Positions 8,619 to 18,740 of a stretch of DNA of 37,893 nt are shown in pieces. Numbering within the stretch: the first letter of the stretch is position 1; each line of letters begins with the position of its first letter. Under the pieces are notes generated by a model. It saw only the letters and a program-made list of their open reading frames with translations. It was not told the origin of the DNA and ran no database searches. The DNA comes from Acidobacteriota bacterium (GTDB lineage Bacteria; Acidobacteriota; Terriglobia; 20CM-2-55-15): NCBI GenBank assembly GCA_003222815.1, contig QHXC01000424.1, forward strand, positions 1 to 37,893. Reading direction: 5' to 3'. The translations under genes were made by a program, and so were the position numbers.

Positions 8619-9573
8619 CTAATACCGTTCGAAGCGGGAATTGTTGACTATCTGTTCGACAATCGAATACGGATCTTGCTGGCGCTCCGCGATCTGCTCC
8701 ACAACTTTGTTCAGCTCTCCGTTCGGAAAAACTTTTTGAACGGCCGTATCCATCAGTCGCTCTTCAAGCAGCGTCAACAGACGCTGCCTTGCCGCGGCCT
8801 GCTTCTTTTCAGTCCGGAGAGCCGACTTCTCGAAAAACTGTTGGCATCGATCAATACTTTCAACAAGCGTATCGATGCCTTCACCCTGTGTGGCGATAGT
8901 TTTGACCACCGGTGGAAACCACCCATCGCTGCGATTCGACAGCGAAAGCATAGCCAGAACGGCTCGCTCCATTTTTTCGGTGCCGGGCCGGTCGCACTTA
9001 TTGATGACGAAGATGTCGCCGATTTCCATGATGCCGGCTTTGAGCGCCTGGACGTCGTCGCCCATGCCCGGGACCAGGACGACCACAGAAACATCAGCCA
9101 ATTTGACGATTTCGATTTCGTCCTGGCCGACCCCCTACGGTCTCCACAATGATCGGATTTCTTCCCGCGGCATCAAGCACGGTGACCACATCCGCAGTCG
9201 TTCGTGCCAGGCCTCCAAGGTGTCCGCGAGTCGCCATGCTGCGGATGTAGATGCCGGGATCGACTCCCAATGTCTGCATTCGAATACGATCGCCGAGAAT
9301 GGCGCCACCGGTGAAGGGGCTGCTCGGATCGACCGCGACAATCCCCAGCAATTTGCCGTTGCGCCGGTAAGCCACCGCAAGCCGATCGACCATCGAGCTT
9401 TTGCCCGATCCGGGACTACCAGTTATGCCGATGACGTCCGAACGCCCGGTATGGGGAAACAATTGCCGCAAGAGTTCAATGCTGTCAGCCGAGCGATTTT
9501 CCACCCGAGTGATCATGCGCGCCAACGCACGGGTGTCGCCTTTGAAGAAATCCTCTAAAAGACCCTTGTCCAT
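8619..9573 (-). CDS. meaB: Methylmalonyl-CoA mutase-associated GTPase MeaB/ArgK, with a 1-nt frameshift in a G5 run (9131-9135)
   Basis: GSPGSGKSS, VDPSSPFTGGAILGDRIRM; removing one G restores ETVGVGQDE; KAGIMEIGD and NKCD lie downstream. Confidence 0.92.
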
Positions 9574-9588
9574 TATTACCCTGAGAAG

Positions 9589-9634
9589 AGCCACGAATTA
9601 CGCCAAACTAGCGTAATTGGCGTACTTCGCGGCT
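9589..9634. repeat. Palindromic 9-nt-unit repeat
   Basis: AGCCACGAATTACGCCAA...GCGTAATTGGCGTACTTCGCGGCT, same family as the copies at 7257 and 28092. Confidence 0.7.
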
Positions 9635-9641
9635 GATCCCA

Positions 9642-10781
9642 TCATTTCAATATCTCTCTCGCAATCACGAGCCGCTGGATTTCGCTTGTCCCTTCGCCAA
9701 TCGTGCAAAGTTTAACGTCTCTGTAGAACTTTTCGGCAGGATATTCCTTGGTGTAGCCGTAGCCACCGTGGATCTGAACGCACTCATTGGCGACCCGCAC
9801 CGCGAGTTCACCGGCGAAAAGCTTTGCCATTGACGATTGTGCGGTTGTCTGCATTCCCTGATCTTTCATCCACGCGGCACGATGCATGAGAAGGCGGCCG
9901 GCATCGATTTCTGTCGCCATATCCGCCAGTTTGAATTGAATCGCCTGAAATTCGGAGATCGCTTGGCCGAACTGTTTCCGCTGTTTGGAATAGTGGAGCG
10001 CCGCTTCATACGCACCTTGCGCCATTCCGATTGCGAGTGCAGCGATACTGATTCTGCCGCCGTCGAGCACCTTGAGCGCGTCGATAAACCCGTCACCCGG
10101 CTCTCCCAGAAGATTTTCTTTCGGAACGCGGCAATCTTCGAAGACAACGGTAGATGTGTCGCTGGCTCGCAGCCCAAGCTTGTTCTCTTTCTTGCCCGAA
10201 GAGAAACCGGGCATGCCCTTCTCGAGGATGAATGCGGAAATGCCGTGGTGTCCAGCCGACCTGTCGGTCACGGCCATGGCGACACAGATATCGCCGTAGG
10301 TGCCGTGGGTCGTGAAGGTCTTTTGGCCATTGAGAATCCAGCAATCGCCATCGAGTTCGGCGCTGGTTTGCGTGCCGGCGGCATCGCTGCCGGCTTCGGG
10401 CTCCGTGAGGCTCCAGGCCCCCAGCTTTTCGCCTTTCGCGAGGGGCACGACGAATCTTTGGCGCTGCTCTTCCGTGCCGCAGTTAAAAATGTGTCCTGTG
10501 CATAGCGAACTGTGCGCAGCCACAGAGATGCCAATCGAGCCGTCCACGCGCGACAGTTCTTCCACGATCGTGACGTATTCGGTGTAGCCCAGTCCGGCAC
10601 CACCATATTCGGACGGGATGAGAACGCCCATGAATCCGAGACCACCCAGCTTCCGGAGAACATCACGAGGAAAGGTTTGGCCTTCATCCCATTCCATCAC
10701 GTGCGGACGAATTTCGTTTTCGGCAAAGTCCCGTACGATGCGTTTAATTTCGAGCAGTTCTTCGTGGTAGCTGAAATCCAT
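9642..10781 (-). CDS. Acyl-CoA dehydrogenase (short/branched chain type)
   Basis: [42 protein letters not shown]. Confidence 0.96.
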   Translation of the reverse strand: MDFSYHEELLEIKRIVRDFAENEIRPHVMEWDEGQTFPRDVLRKLGGLGFMGVLIPSEYGGAGLGYTEYVTIVEELSRVDGSIGISVAAHSSLCTGHIFNCGTEEQRQRFVVPLAKGEKLGAWSLTEPEAGSDAAGTQTSAELDGDCWILNGQKTFTTHGTYGDICVAMAVTDRSAGHHGISAFILEKGMPGFSSGKKENKLGLRASDTSTVVFEDCRVPKENLLGEPGDGFIDALKVLDGGRISIAALAIGMAQGAYEAALHYSKQRKQFGQAISEFQAIQFKLADMATEIDAGRLLMHRAAWMKDQGMQTTAQSSMAKLFAGELAVRVANECVQIHGGYGYTKEYPAEKFYRDVKLCTIGEGTSEIQRLVIAREILK

Positions 10782-10803
10782 AAGCTCCCATCAACCGACT
10801 TGT

Positions 10804-11349
10804 TCACGCAACGGGATCGATCATCGTCCATGTCATGTCGCAATCCCCGCACCGGTATCGGTGATAGCCGGACTTCTCGACGGTATCAATGCGGATGAAC
10901 GAGGATGAACAAAATGGGCAGTAATTGATCGCACAAGGCGGATTGGAAGGCTCGCTGAGGCGGCTGCTGAACTCTTCGATCGAAGACAGCATGGTTTCAA
11001 TGACCATCGATTGGCTGCGCCGCCAATCGTTCCGTGACGGCCAGAAAATCTCGACCGCCGTCGGAATCCAGCCGTGCGGAGCAGGCGAGCTTTCCACTCC
11101 GGCCGCATAACTCAACAGGCAATCCAGCCGGCAATCCGTTCCCGCAAGCTTTCCATCAAGAATCTTCAGCAGCTCCATCAACCGGCGCAGGCCGGATGAT
11201 CCGAGGATGTTGATCTCCAGCCACAGGCTGTCTTCCGGCTTGTGACCTGCACAACAGCCCTCCAGACGGATCCACGGAAACCTGCCAAGTTCTTTTAGGA
11301 CCGGCCTGAGCGCTTTATCCGCCCTGCTGACAATATCTGAATTGGACAT
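10804..11349 (-). CDS. Hypothetical protein with CCAGH motif and C-terminal zinc ribbon
   Basis: 181 aa; EGCCAGH near the N-terminus; CPFC...CGDC at the C-terminus; fills the gap between thiL and the ACAD gene. Confidence 0.75.
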   Translation of the reverse strand: MSNSDIVSRADKALRPVLKELGRFPWIRLEGCCAGHKPEDSLWLEINILGSSGLRRLMELLKILDGKLAGTDCRLDCLLSYAAGVESSPAPHGWIPTAVEIFWPSRNDWRRSQSMVIETMLSSIEEFSSRLSEPSNPPCAINYCPFCSSSFIRIDTVEKSGYHRYRCGDCDMTWTMIDPVA

Positions 11350-11415
11350 GAACTGAGCATAACAGCAAGGCGTGGATAAGAACAAATGCGTGCAACGTAT
11401 CGCAAAACGGCTAGG

Positions 11416-12396
11416 TCACCTGAAATGCTGCCAACCTTTCGGATGGAGGACGGATTCCTGGGCGCCGTCGATCAGGAAGACTTGGTTCTCGAGCCCAGAA
11501 TCGATGATTTCGCCGACACGCGTCACGGGGATGCCCTCAACCGTTGGGGGAAGATCCGTCGCGATGATGATCAGTTCGTACTCTTCACCGCCGTGGAGGA
11601 CGTGGCGCTCCTCGACTCCCGGCGCTGCCGGAAGGCGATCCTTGTAGATTCGCGCTGAGACCCGGGACTCTTCGGCGATATGAGTGAGGTCCGTGGAGAG
11701 ACCATCGCTGATGTCGATCATGGCATGGGCTCGGTCTGCAACGGCCAGGCCCGGGCGATGCCGCGGTTCAGGGTAGAGATGACGCCGGATTGCGGGATCG
11801 TCGACCTTGCCGGCCTTCAGCCGCTCCAGGCCGAGCGCGGAAGATCCGAGCGTGCCGGTGACATAGATGGCATCGCCGGGTTTCGCTCCGGAGCGGCGGA
11901 CGGATTGACCGGAACGCACGCGTCCGATTATGGAAACATCGGCGAAAATACGATCTGACGACGAGGAGTCGCCGCCAAGCAGCGAAACCTCAAAGTCCCT
12001 GCAAGCCCGGCTGACACCGTCGAGGAAGCCTTCGATCCAGGAGAAATCGAGATCGCCAGGGGCGGCCAGGGAGATCAGGAAGTGCATTGGGATTCCGCCC
12101 ATGGCCCCAACATCGCTGACGTTGGCGGCGATGGATTTGTAGCCAACCGAGTCGGGAGGATGCAGATATCGGATGAAGTGCGTATTTTCGGCGAGAAGGT
12201 CGGAACAGAAGACAGCGGAATAGCCGGGAGGAAGATCGAAGACTGCGGCGTCGTCACCGATACCGACATGTACCTCGCCAGCCCTCACCCGGCGCGCCGC
12301 CAGTGCGCCGCCCTCTTCCGGGGTGAGAGCGCTTAGGGAAAACCTCTCCCGGATTGTGCGTATCAGAGCGCCTTCACCGATATCGCGGAGGTTCAC
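11416..12396 (-). CDS. thiL: Thiamine-monophosphate kinase
   Basis: [36 protein letters not shown]. Confidence 0.95.
   Translation of the reverse strand: MNLRDIGEGALIRTIRERFSLSALTPEEGGALAARRVRAGEVHVGIGDDAAVFDLPPGYSAVFCSDLLAENTHFIRYLHPPDSVGYKSIAANVSDVGAMGGIPMHFLISLAAPGDLDFSWIEGFLDGVSRACRDFEVSLLGGDSSSSDRIFADVSIIGRVRSGQSVRRSGAKPGDAIYVTGTLGSSALGLERLKAGKVDDPAIRRHLYPEPRHRPGLAVADRAHAMIDISDGLSTDLTHIAEESRVSARIYKDRLPAAPGVEERHVLHGGEEYELIIIATDLPPTVEGIPVTRVGEIIDSGLENQVFLIDGAQESVLHPKGWQHFR
12281..12330. repeat. Palindromic REP-like element inside the thiL coding frame
   Basis: GCCCTCACCCGG...CCGGGGTGAGAGC arms with inner GGCGC/GCGCC stem; translates as [17 protein letters not shown]. Confidence 0.65.
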
Positions 12397-14725
12397 ACGA
12401 TGGCCTCTGCGCTTTTGCGAAGACGGCGGGGACTGCGCACCATCTTCGCGGGTTCGTTTTCGAGCAGGGCAGCCTTGAACACGCTCTTCACGTCATCGAC
12501 GAAGACGAACTTCATTTCCTTGCGGATGGTTTCGTTCACGTCTTCGAGATCGCGCTTATTCAGTGATGGCAGGACCACCGTGTCGATCTTTGCTCGTCGC
12601 GCCGCGAGGACTTTCTCCTTAATCCCTCCGACCGGCAACACCTCACCACGGAGCGTGATTTCACCGGTCATCGCAATCTTGCGATGGACGGCTTTTCCGG
12701 TCAGCAGCGACAGCATCGCCGTTGCCAGGGTGACGCCGGCCGACGGTCCGTCTTTCGGAATCGAACCTTCGGGTACGTGAATATGGATGTCGTGTTTCGC
12801 AAAGAAATCCTCGTTGATGCCAAACTCCTTCGCGTGCGAGCGCGCATAGCTCAGCGCAGCCTGCGCAGATTCCTTCATTACATCGCCTAGCTGACCGGTC
12901 AACATCAAAGCGCCCTTGCCCTTCATTGCAGTTGCTTCAATGAAGAGTATGTCTCCGCCAACCGGTGTCCAGGCCAGGCCCGTGGCTACGCCGACCTGGT
13001 CACGCTTCAGCAGTTCGTCTTGAAAGACTTTTGGACGCCCCAGAAATTGATCGAGATTGTCCGTGTGAATTTTCCGAACTTTCTTTTCGCCGCTTGCGAC
13101 CTGCCTGGCCACTTTGCGGCACACCGACGCGATTTCACGTTCCAGGTTTCGAAGCCCCGCTTCCTGTGTGTAGAGATTGATAATCGCCCGGATACCTTCA
13201 TCGGAGAACTGAATCTGGTCCTTCTTCAGCCCATGCTCTTCGGTTTGCTTCGGGATGAGATGCCGCTTTGCAATTTCGACCTTCTCTTCTTCGGTGTATC
13301 CCGACAGCGAGATGATCTCCATGCGGTCACGAAATGCCGGCTGTATCGGGTCGAGCATATTACCCGTCGTGATGAACATCACGTTCGACAGATCGAAGGG
13401 CACACCCAGGTAGTTATCCCGGAATGCGAAGTTCTGTTCCGGATCGAGCACTTCGAGGAGCGCCGAAGACGGATCTCCGCGAAAGTCGGCGCCGATCTTA
13501 TCGACTTCGTCCATCATAAATACCGGATTATTCGTTCCTGCCTGGTGAATGTTCTGAATGATGCGGCCTGGCATCGCTCCGACGTAGGTGCGCCGATGGC
13601 CGCGGATCTCGGCCTCGTCGTGTACGCCACCCAGGCTCATGCGAACAAACTTCCGGCCCAGCGCCCGCGCGATCGATTTGCCCAACGACGTTTTCCCCAC
13701 GCCCGGCGGCCCCACAAAGCAAAGGATCGGCCCGCGCGTGTTCTTCTTCAGTTTCCGCACGGCGAGGTGTTCGATGATCCGTTCCTTGACCTTTTCAAGA
13801 CCGTAATGATCCTGATCCAAGATGGTCTGTGCTTTTTTAAGATCGAGATTAGCCTTCCAAGTTGCCGCTCCGCCTCTTCGGTAACTTCCTGCGGCATTTT
13901 CGCCTTTTTAATTTTCTTTCGATATTGATCGATTTCTTCCTGGACTTCGTTGCCTTCGCCAAGTTCCTGCTGAATGGCTTTCATCTGCTGGCGCAAGTAG
14001 AACTCGCGCTGGCTCTTGTCCATCTCGCCACGAGCCTGAGTATTGATATCGTTCTGGATCTCAAGGACCTCGATTTCCTTCGCCATCAGGGCATGAACAC
14101 GGCGCAGCCGCTCGACGGGATCGATGAGTTCAAGCACTTCCTGCGCCTTATCGACTTTCAAATCGAGATTCGATGCGATCAGATCCGATAGCCGGGCCGG
14201 ATCGTCCAGGTTGGAAGCGATCGCTACCAGATCCGGAGAGATGTTTTTTCCCAAAGAAACCATCTTCTCGAGTGAGGACTTCGCATTGCGGATCATGGCC
14301 TCGAGCTCCACAGAATCCGGAGTGACCTGCGGTTCAGTCTTCGGTTGTACCTTCGCCGTCAGGTAAGGCTTGGATTCGTCGTAATACTCCACATGAGCGC
14401 GCGAAAACCCCTGAACGAGAATACGGACGCGTCCATCGGGCAGTTTGAGCATCCGCATAATGACGGAGACCGTGCCGAATTCATGGAGGTCTTCGGCCTT
14501 GGGGTCATCCACATTGGCCGTCTTCTGTGAAACCAGCAGGATCATTCGGTTTTCGGACAACGCTTGATCCACCGCCTTTGCAGACCGCTCACGGTTTACA
14601 AACAACGGTACGATCATGTAGGGGAACACAACCATGTCCGGCAGCGGTAGCACCGGAAGGACGTCCGGAATCGCAACCTGCTGCTGTTCGGGAGCTTGTT
14701 CGGCTTTGACGAGTTCCATGCTCAT
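12393..14725 (-). pseudogene. lon: ATP-dependent protease La, split by an internal deletion near 13850 (probably an artefact)
   Basis: LON N-domain, then [26 protein letters not shown]; the linker containing YxDW..PW is missing. Confidence 0.92.
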
Positions 14726-14779
14726 AATCTATATGCGCAATTCGAAGAGTTGCACGCCAAGGACTCCCCCCGAATTTCC

Positions 14780-15148
14780 TCACGAAATCGGAATGTTGCT
14801 CACTTCTGGCTTAGACGCCAGTTTCGGGAGATGGATTCTCAAGAGTCCATCCTTAAGTTCCGCCCTTGCGCGCTTGTGATCGATGGGAATCCCGATGGCG
14901 ATCTCGCGGTGGAACCTTCCATGGAACCGCTCGACGCACAAATACGTCGCCATCTTGCAGTCCGGCGGTTCCTGCCTCTTATGTCCGGAAATCATCAAGA
15001 CGCCGTCATTCCACGACAGTTGAAGATCGGATCGATCGACTCCTGGCGTTTCTACGAAAATGACGATCTCCATCTCGCGTTCGCAAACATCGACCACTGC
15101 CGTCCACGTCGCACCCTGGCGTGGCTCGGTCTGGAATTCGAAATACAT
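14780..15148 (-). CDS. Hsp20/alpha-crystallin small heat-shock protein
   Basis: VDVCE, ETPGV, ERFHGRFHREI, AELKDGLLRIHLPK. Confidence 0.92.
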   Translation of the reverse strand: MYFEFQTEPRQGATWTAVVDVCEREMEIVIFVETPGVDRSDLQLSWNDGVLMISGHKRQEPPDCKMATYLCVERFHGRFHREIAIGIPIDHKRARAELKDGLLRIHLPKLASKPEVSNIPIS

Positions 15149-15150
15149 AA

Positions 15151-15609
15151 CTACTCCCGCATTTTCAGGAGATCCTTGAGCTCACTCATGAATTCCTGGA
15201 CGTCCTTGAAGTCCAGGTAGACGGAAGCAAATCGAACATAGGCCACTTTGTCGAGGTTTTTCAGTTCGTTCATGATCATCTCACCCAGCACCCGAGTGGA
15301 AACCTCGCGCTCGCTCGACTCCTGGACCATCGTTTCGGCTTTGTCGGCGACAGCCTCGAGCTGAATCATCGAGACCGGACGCTTCTCGCACGCTTTCAGC
15401 AGCCCAGCGAGAACCTTTTGCCGATCGAACCGTTCCCGGCGGCCGTCCTTCTTAACGACCATATACGGGATCTCATCAATGCGCTCGTAACTGGTAAATC
15501 GCCGGTGGCACGCCAGACACTGCCGACGGCGGCGAATGGCTTCACCTTCCTTGCTCTCGCGCGAATCGACCACCTTGTCATGGAGATGGCCGCAGAAGGG
15601 ACACTTCAT
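15151..15609 (-). CDS. nrdR: Transcriptional repressor NrdR
   Basis: [24 protein letters not shown] cone, [10 protein letters not shown]. Confidence 0.97.
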   Translation of the reverse strand: MKCPFCGHLHDKVVDSRESKEGEAIRRRRQCLACHRRFTSYERIDEIPYMVVKKDGRRERFDRQKVLAGLLKACEKRPVSMIQLEAVADKAETMVQESSEREVSTRVLGEMIMNELKNLDKVAYVRFASVYLDFKDVQEFMSELKDLLKMRE

Positions 15610-15727
15610 ATTATTTACGGAATTCAGGCTTCGGGTTTCGGATTTTACGTGGTGTCCGGGTCCCCACCTTCGGTCCCCCCGGTAGCGGCGGCCGTCTGGA
15701 TGGCGTTTTGGCCGGTCTCCCACGCGG

Positions 15728-16705
15728 TCAGTCTGCCACAGGCGCCGTCCTGAGATCTTTCAAGGATAGTCCTTGAGAGATCATATATAAGCCTCCCGCC
15801 ACCACTGTCGGAACGTAACTCGCAACCCACGCGACCAAAGAGGTGGCGATTGCTTTCTCGGGCGGAATCAGGAAAAAGGTAGTCATGCAAAAGACCCACC
15901 CCGCCTGGAATCCCCCGCCGATGCCGGGAATCTGTGCAATAGAACCAATGGCCGAGCCCACCATCACAAGAGTTGCTGCCTGAATCGAAAACTGAAAATT
16001 CATTCCCAGCATCATGAACCAGAAAGAAAGACTGATGACGATCCAGAGCAAAAGCGAGTGTGCGATGGCGAGTCCGAAACTCGACCCGCGGTCAAGAAAC
16101 GAGAGACCCGCTGAGAAGTTTTTCATCACCGACGCGATCTTGGCCAACCGGACGTAACGTACAATTCGATGGATATTGGCGCGGAAAAAAAACAGAAAAA
16201 TCATCGCGGCCACCGAACCAATCAGCATGACCCATGAAGCATCTTTCATGAGCTTCACCGTTCGGTCCGCCGCGGCAGGAGGCTTCACCAGTAGAAGCGA
16301 CCAGCCGAAAAACATAATGATCATGAAGGTATCCAAAAACCGTTCGACGACTATCGTTGCAACAGAGGCCGTCAGCGGGGTCTGCTCCCGCCGCGCGACC
16401 CAGAGCGGCCGGATGACCTCGCCAGCCCGCCCAAGCACGAAGATTGCAGAGAAACCCACTAGGTTTGCGCTGATGAGTGGTTTAATGCGAATGGGTTTGA
16501 CCGGGTCCAAGAGGACCTGCCACCGCACGGCGCGGCATACGTAAGTCAGGAATGTCGCCGCTATGGAGGCCATGAGCCAACTGATTTGGATATTCCACAG
16601 GCTCGAGTAGAACAGCGACCAATCAAAGTCCGAACCCCACAGTCGATAGGCTACGATGAAGGCAATAACAGTCAAGATCAATAAAAACAATGACTTCCGG
16701 TTCAT
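15728..16705 (-). CDS. Lysylphosphatidylglycerol synthase TM / flippase-like (UPF0104) protein
   Basis: [29 protein letters not shown]; polytopic. Confidence 0.88.
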   Translation of the reverse strand: MNRKSLFLLILTVIAFIVAYRLWGSDFDWSLFYSSLWNIQISWLMASIAATFLTYVCRAVRWQVLLDPVKPIRIKPLISANLVGFSAIFVLGRAGEVIRPLWVARREQTPLTASVATIVVERFLDTFMIIMFFGWSLLLVKPPAAADRTVKLMKDASWVMLIGSVAAMIFLFFFRANIHRIVRYVRLAKIASVMKNFSAGLSFLDRGSSFGLAIAHSLLLWIVISLSFWFMMLGMNFQFSIQAATLVMVGSAIGSIAQIPGIGGGFQAGWVFCMTTFFLIPPEKAIATSLVAWVASYVPTVVAGGLYMISQGLSLKDLRTAPVAD

Positions 16706-16740
16706 ATCTCGGCGATTATCTCAGAAAGGCCCGAATTATT

Positions 16741-16767
16741 TGAAACTTTTCTTCTCGCCACTTCGTT
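16741..16767 (+). promoter_or_regulatory. Putative ECF sigma-dependent promoter
   Basis: TGAAAC-N17-CGTT ending about 55 nt upstream of the ECF sigma gene; resembles the SigW-type TGAAAC/CGT consensus. Confidence 0.6.
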
Positions 16768-16820
16768 GATTTATAAGGTACTGAGACGCGATGTAGCGGA
16801 AGCGGACGGAGCCAGATAGG

Positions 16821-17390
16821 TTGCAGACGACCGATGCGGAGCTGGTGAAAGGCTGCCTGGCCGGCGACCACGCGGCCTGGGAAACTATAGTTCGCCAATT
16901 TCATCAGCGGATCTACAATCTGGCGTATCGCTTTACGGGAAGATTTGACGAGGCCGAGGATCTGACTCAGGACATCTTCCTGAAAGTCTATCGAACTCTC
17001 ACGTCTTACCGGCCCGAATCGGGCGCGCTCGTGACTTGGATGGTCCGGGTCGGCCGCAATCATATCATCGACCAATACCGGAAATTCAAGATCGAACGTT
17101 CCCAGACCGGCTCCATCGAGGTGGAGTACGAAAAGGCTGAAGAAAATCCGGCGCGGTACGCGAGCCCGGCTCAGGCACTCGAGCAACTCGAACTCTCCGA
17201 ACGAGTGCATCGCGCTCTGCTCCGGGTTTCAGAAGATCTTCGCGAGGCGGTGGTCCTGAGAGATCTTGAGGAATTCACGTATGAGGAGATTGCGGAGATG
17301 TTGAAGCTGCCGATGGGTACCGTAAAATCCAGGATCAATCGAGGCCGTGCGGAATTGGCGAGACTGTTAAAAAGGGAGAGCCGCGGATGA
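16821..17390 (+). CDS. ECF sigma-70 factor (RpoE/SigW-like)
   Basis: AEDLTQDIFLKVY, TYEEIAEMLKLPMGTVKSRINRGR. Confidence 0.95.
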   Translation: MQTTDAELVKGCLAGDHAAWETIVRQFHQRIYNLAYRFTGRFDEAEDLTQDIFLKVYRTLTSYRPESGALVTWMVRVGRNHIIDQYRKFKIERSQTGSIEVEYEKAEENPARYASPAQALEQLELSERVHRALLRVSEDLREAVVLRDLEEFTYEEIAEMLKLPMGTVKSRINRGRAELARLLKRESRG

Positions 17391-17406
17391 CGCGGATGAC
17401 GGGGAC

Positions 17407-17910
17407 ATGACCTGCGCATATTGCGAAGAACAAATGTCGGATTACTTGGAAAATGGGCTCGGCGCGGCCGAGCGAGGCGCCGTGGAGGTGCACCTTCGGG
17501 CGTGTAATGCCTGCAACGAGCTGCTTGCGGGAATGACGGAAGTGCTCGAATGGGGTAGAACGTTTCCCGTCTACGAGCCCCCGGCGTGGCTGGCGGCGCG
17601 GATTCTTGCGAATACGCCTCGTGTTGCCCGCGAGACCTGGGTAGACACATTCGTTTCGATCGGCCGTTGGATCATCGAGCCGCGCACGGCGATGGCCATA
17701 TTCACAGCAACACTTGTCCTTGGCTGGATGGGAAGTCTCGCCGGCATCTCTCCCAACTGGGCCACGATTGTTCGGGATCCGGCGGCAATTTACGACGGAG
17801 CGCAAGGCCTCGTGAACCGCGCCTACGACGAGGCGGTACGGGCCTATTACCGGTCCCCACTTGTAACTGAGATTCAATCTCGAATCGAAGAGCTCAGGGA
17901 GATTTCCTGA
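17407..17910 (+). CDS. Zinc-finger (zf-HC2) transmembrane anti-sigma factor
   Basis: C..CEEQMSDYL...HLRACNAC; one TM segment; directly follows the sigma gene. Confidence 0.88.
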   Translation: MTCAYCEEQMSDYLENGLGAAERGAVEVHLRACNACNELLAGMTEVLEWGRTFPVYEPPAWLAARILANTPRVARETWVDTFVSIGRWIIEPRTAMAIFTATLVLGWMGSLAGISPNWATIVRDPAAIYDGAQGLVNRAYDEAVRAYYRSPLVTEIQSRIEELREIS

Positions 17911-18539
17911 TGAATTGTGCGTACCACGCTGAAGTTCCCAACGTCGCGTTTTGCATCCGCTGCGGCCGTGCACTCTGTACGGAGTGTGTCCACAATGTGC
18001 GTGGAAGCGTGTACTGCGAAAGTTGTCTGGCGGAGTTGGTGGGCGGAAAACCAACGCCTTCGACTCCGCCTCCCAAAGGGGTTTCGGAGTCTATTGCCGG
18101 AACGAATCCGGGCGCGGCATTCGCGCTGGGACTCATACCGGGCGTCGGCGCCATTTACAATGGCGAATACGTAAAAGCAGCGGTCCACGTGCTGATCTTT
18201 GGAACACTGATTTCGCTCGGGGACATCACACGCGCCGGCCAGCCTCTGATTGGACTGCTGACTGCGGCGTTCTATTGCTACATGCCGTTTGAGGCATATT
18301 ACACGGCCAAGAAACGAAAGATGCGCGCCGAGGGCATCGAATTGGAAACCCCAATCGACAGGCTTCAACAACAATTCGGCGAAGCCAAGGATCGAGAGCT
18401 CTGGGGCGGCATTGCACTGGTGGTTCTAGGTGGCCTGTTCCTTCTGGGCAATCTCGAAGTGCTGGACCTGGAGCGAGTCGCAAGGCTATGGCCGGTACTG
18501 CTCGTTATCGCCGGACTCTGGCTTTTGAAGAAACATTAG
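17910..18539 (+). CDS. B-box zinc finger membrane protein with LiaF/DUF5668-like C-terminus
   Basis: CAYH..C..CGRALC..C...C..C; LIPGVGAIYNG; LWPVLLV. Confidence 0.85.
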   Translation: MNCAYHAEVPNVAFCIRCGRALCTECVHNVRGSVYCESCLAELVGGKPTPSTPPPKGVSESIAGTNPGAAFALGLIPGVGAIYNGEYVKAAVHVLIFGTLISLGDITRAGQPLIGLLTAAFYCYMPFEAYYTAKKRKMRAEGIELETPIDRLQQQFGEAKDRELWGGIALVVLGGLFLLGNLEVLDLERVARLWPVLLVIAGLWLLKKH

Positions 18540-18554
18540 GAGAAGACAACTTAG

Positions 18555-18740
18555 ATGTTAGGGCCGGTTTTGCTTATTGTGCTTGGCTTCTTGTTCCTGT
18601 TGAACAACCTGTACCCGAACGTGTTCCGGTTCGGGAAGATGTGGCCGGTGATTCTAATCGTCATTGGCGTAGCTAAAGTCCTGGACTATTTGCGTAAGGA
18701 CCGCGGCAAATCCGCTGCTGGAAAGGAGGACAACACATGA
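18555..18740 (+). CDS. Small LiaI/LiaF-like (DUF5668) membrane protein
   Basis: GPVLLIVLGFLFLLNN...WPVILIVIG; AGGAG RBS; ATGA overlap with the next gene. Confidence 0.8.
   Translation: MLGPVLLIVLGFLFLLNNLYPNVFRFGKMWPVILIVIGVAKVLDYLRKDRGKSAAGKEDNT

Noticed and set aside
9131-9135. Programmed frameshift or phase variation in meaB
   Set aside because: A single extra G in a short G5 run within the conserved VGVGQ motif; a sequencing or consensus error is the simplest explanation
13020-13928. Long antisense ORFs (this one and e.g. 9837-10505, 8875-9558, 35334-36083)
   Set aside because: Shadow frames of well-supported genes in GC-rich DNA, with no motifs
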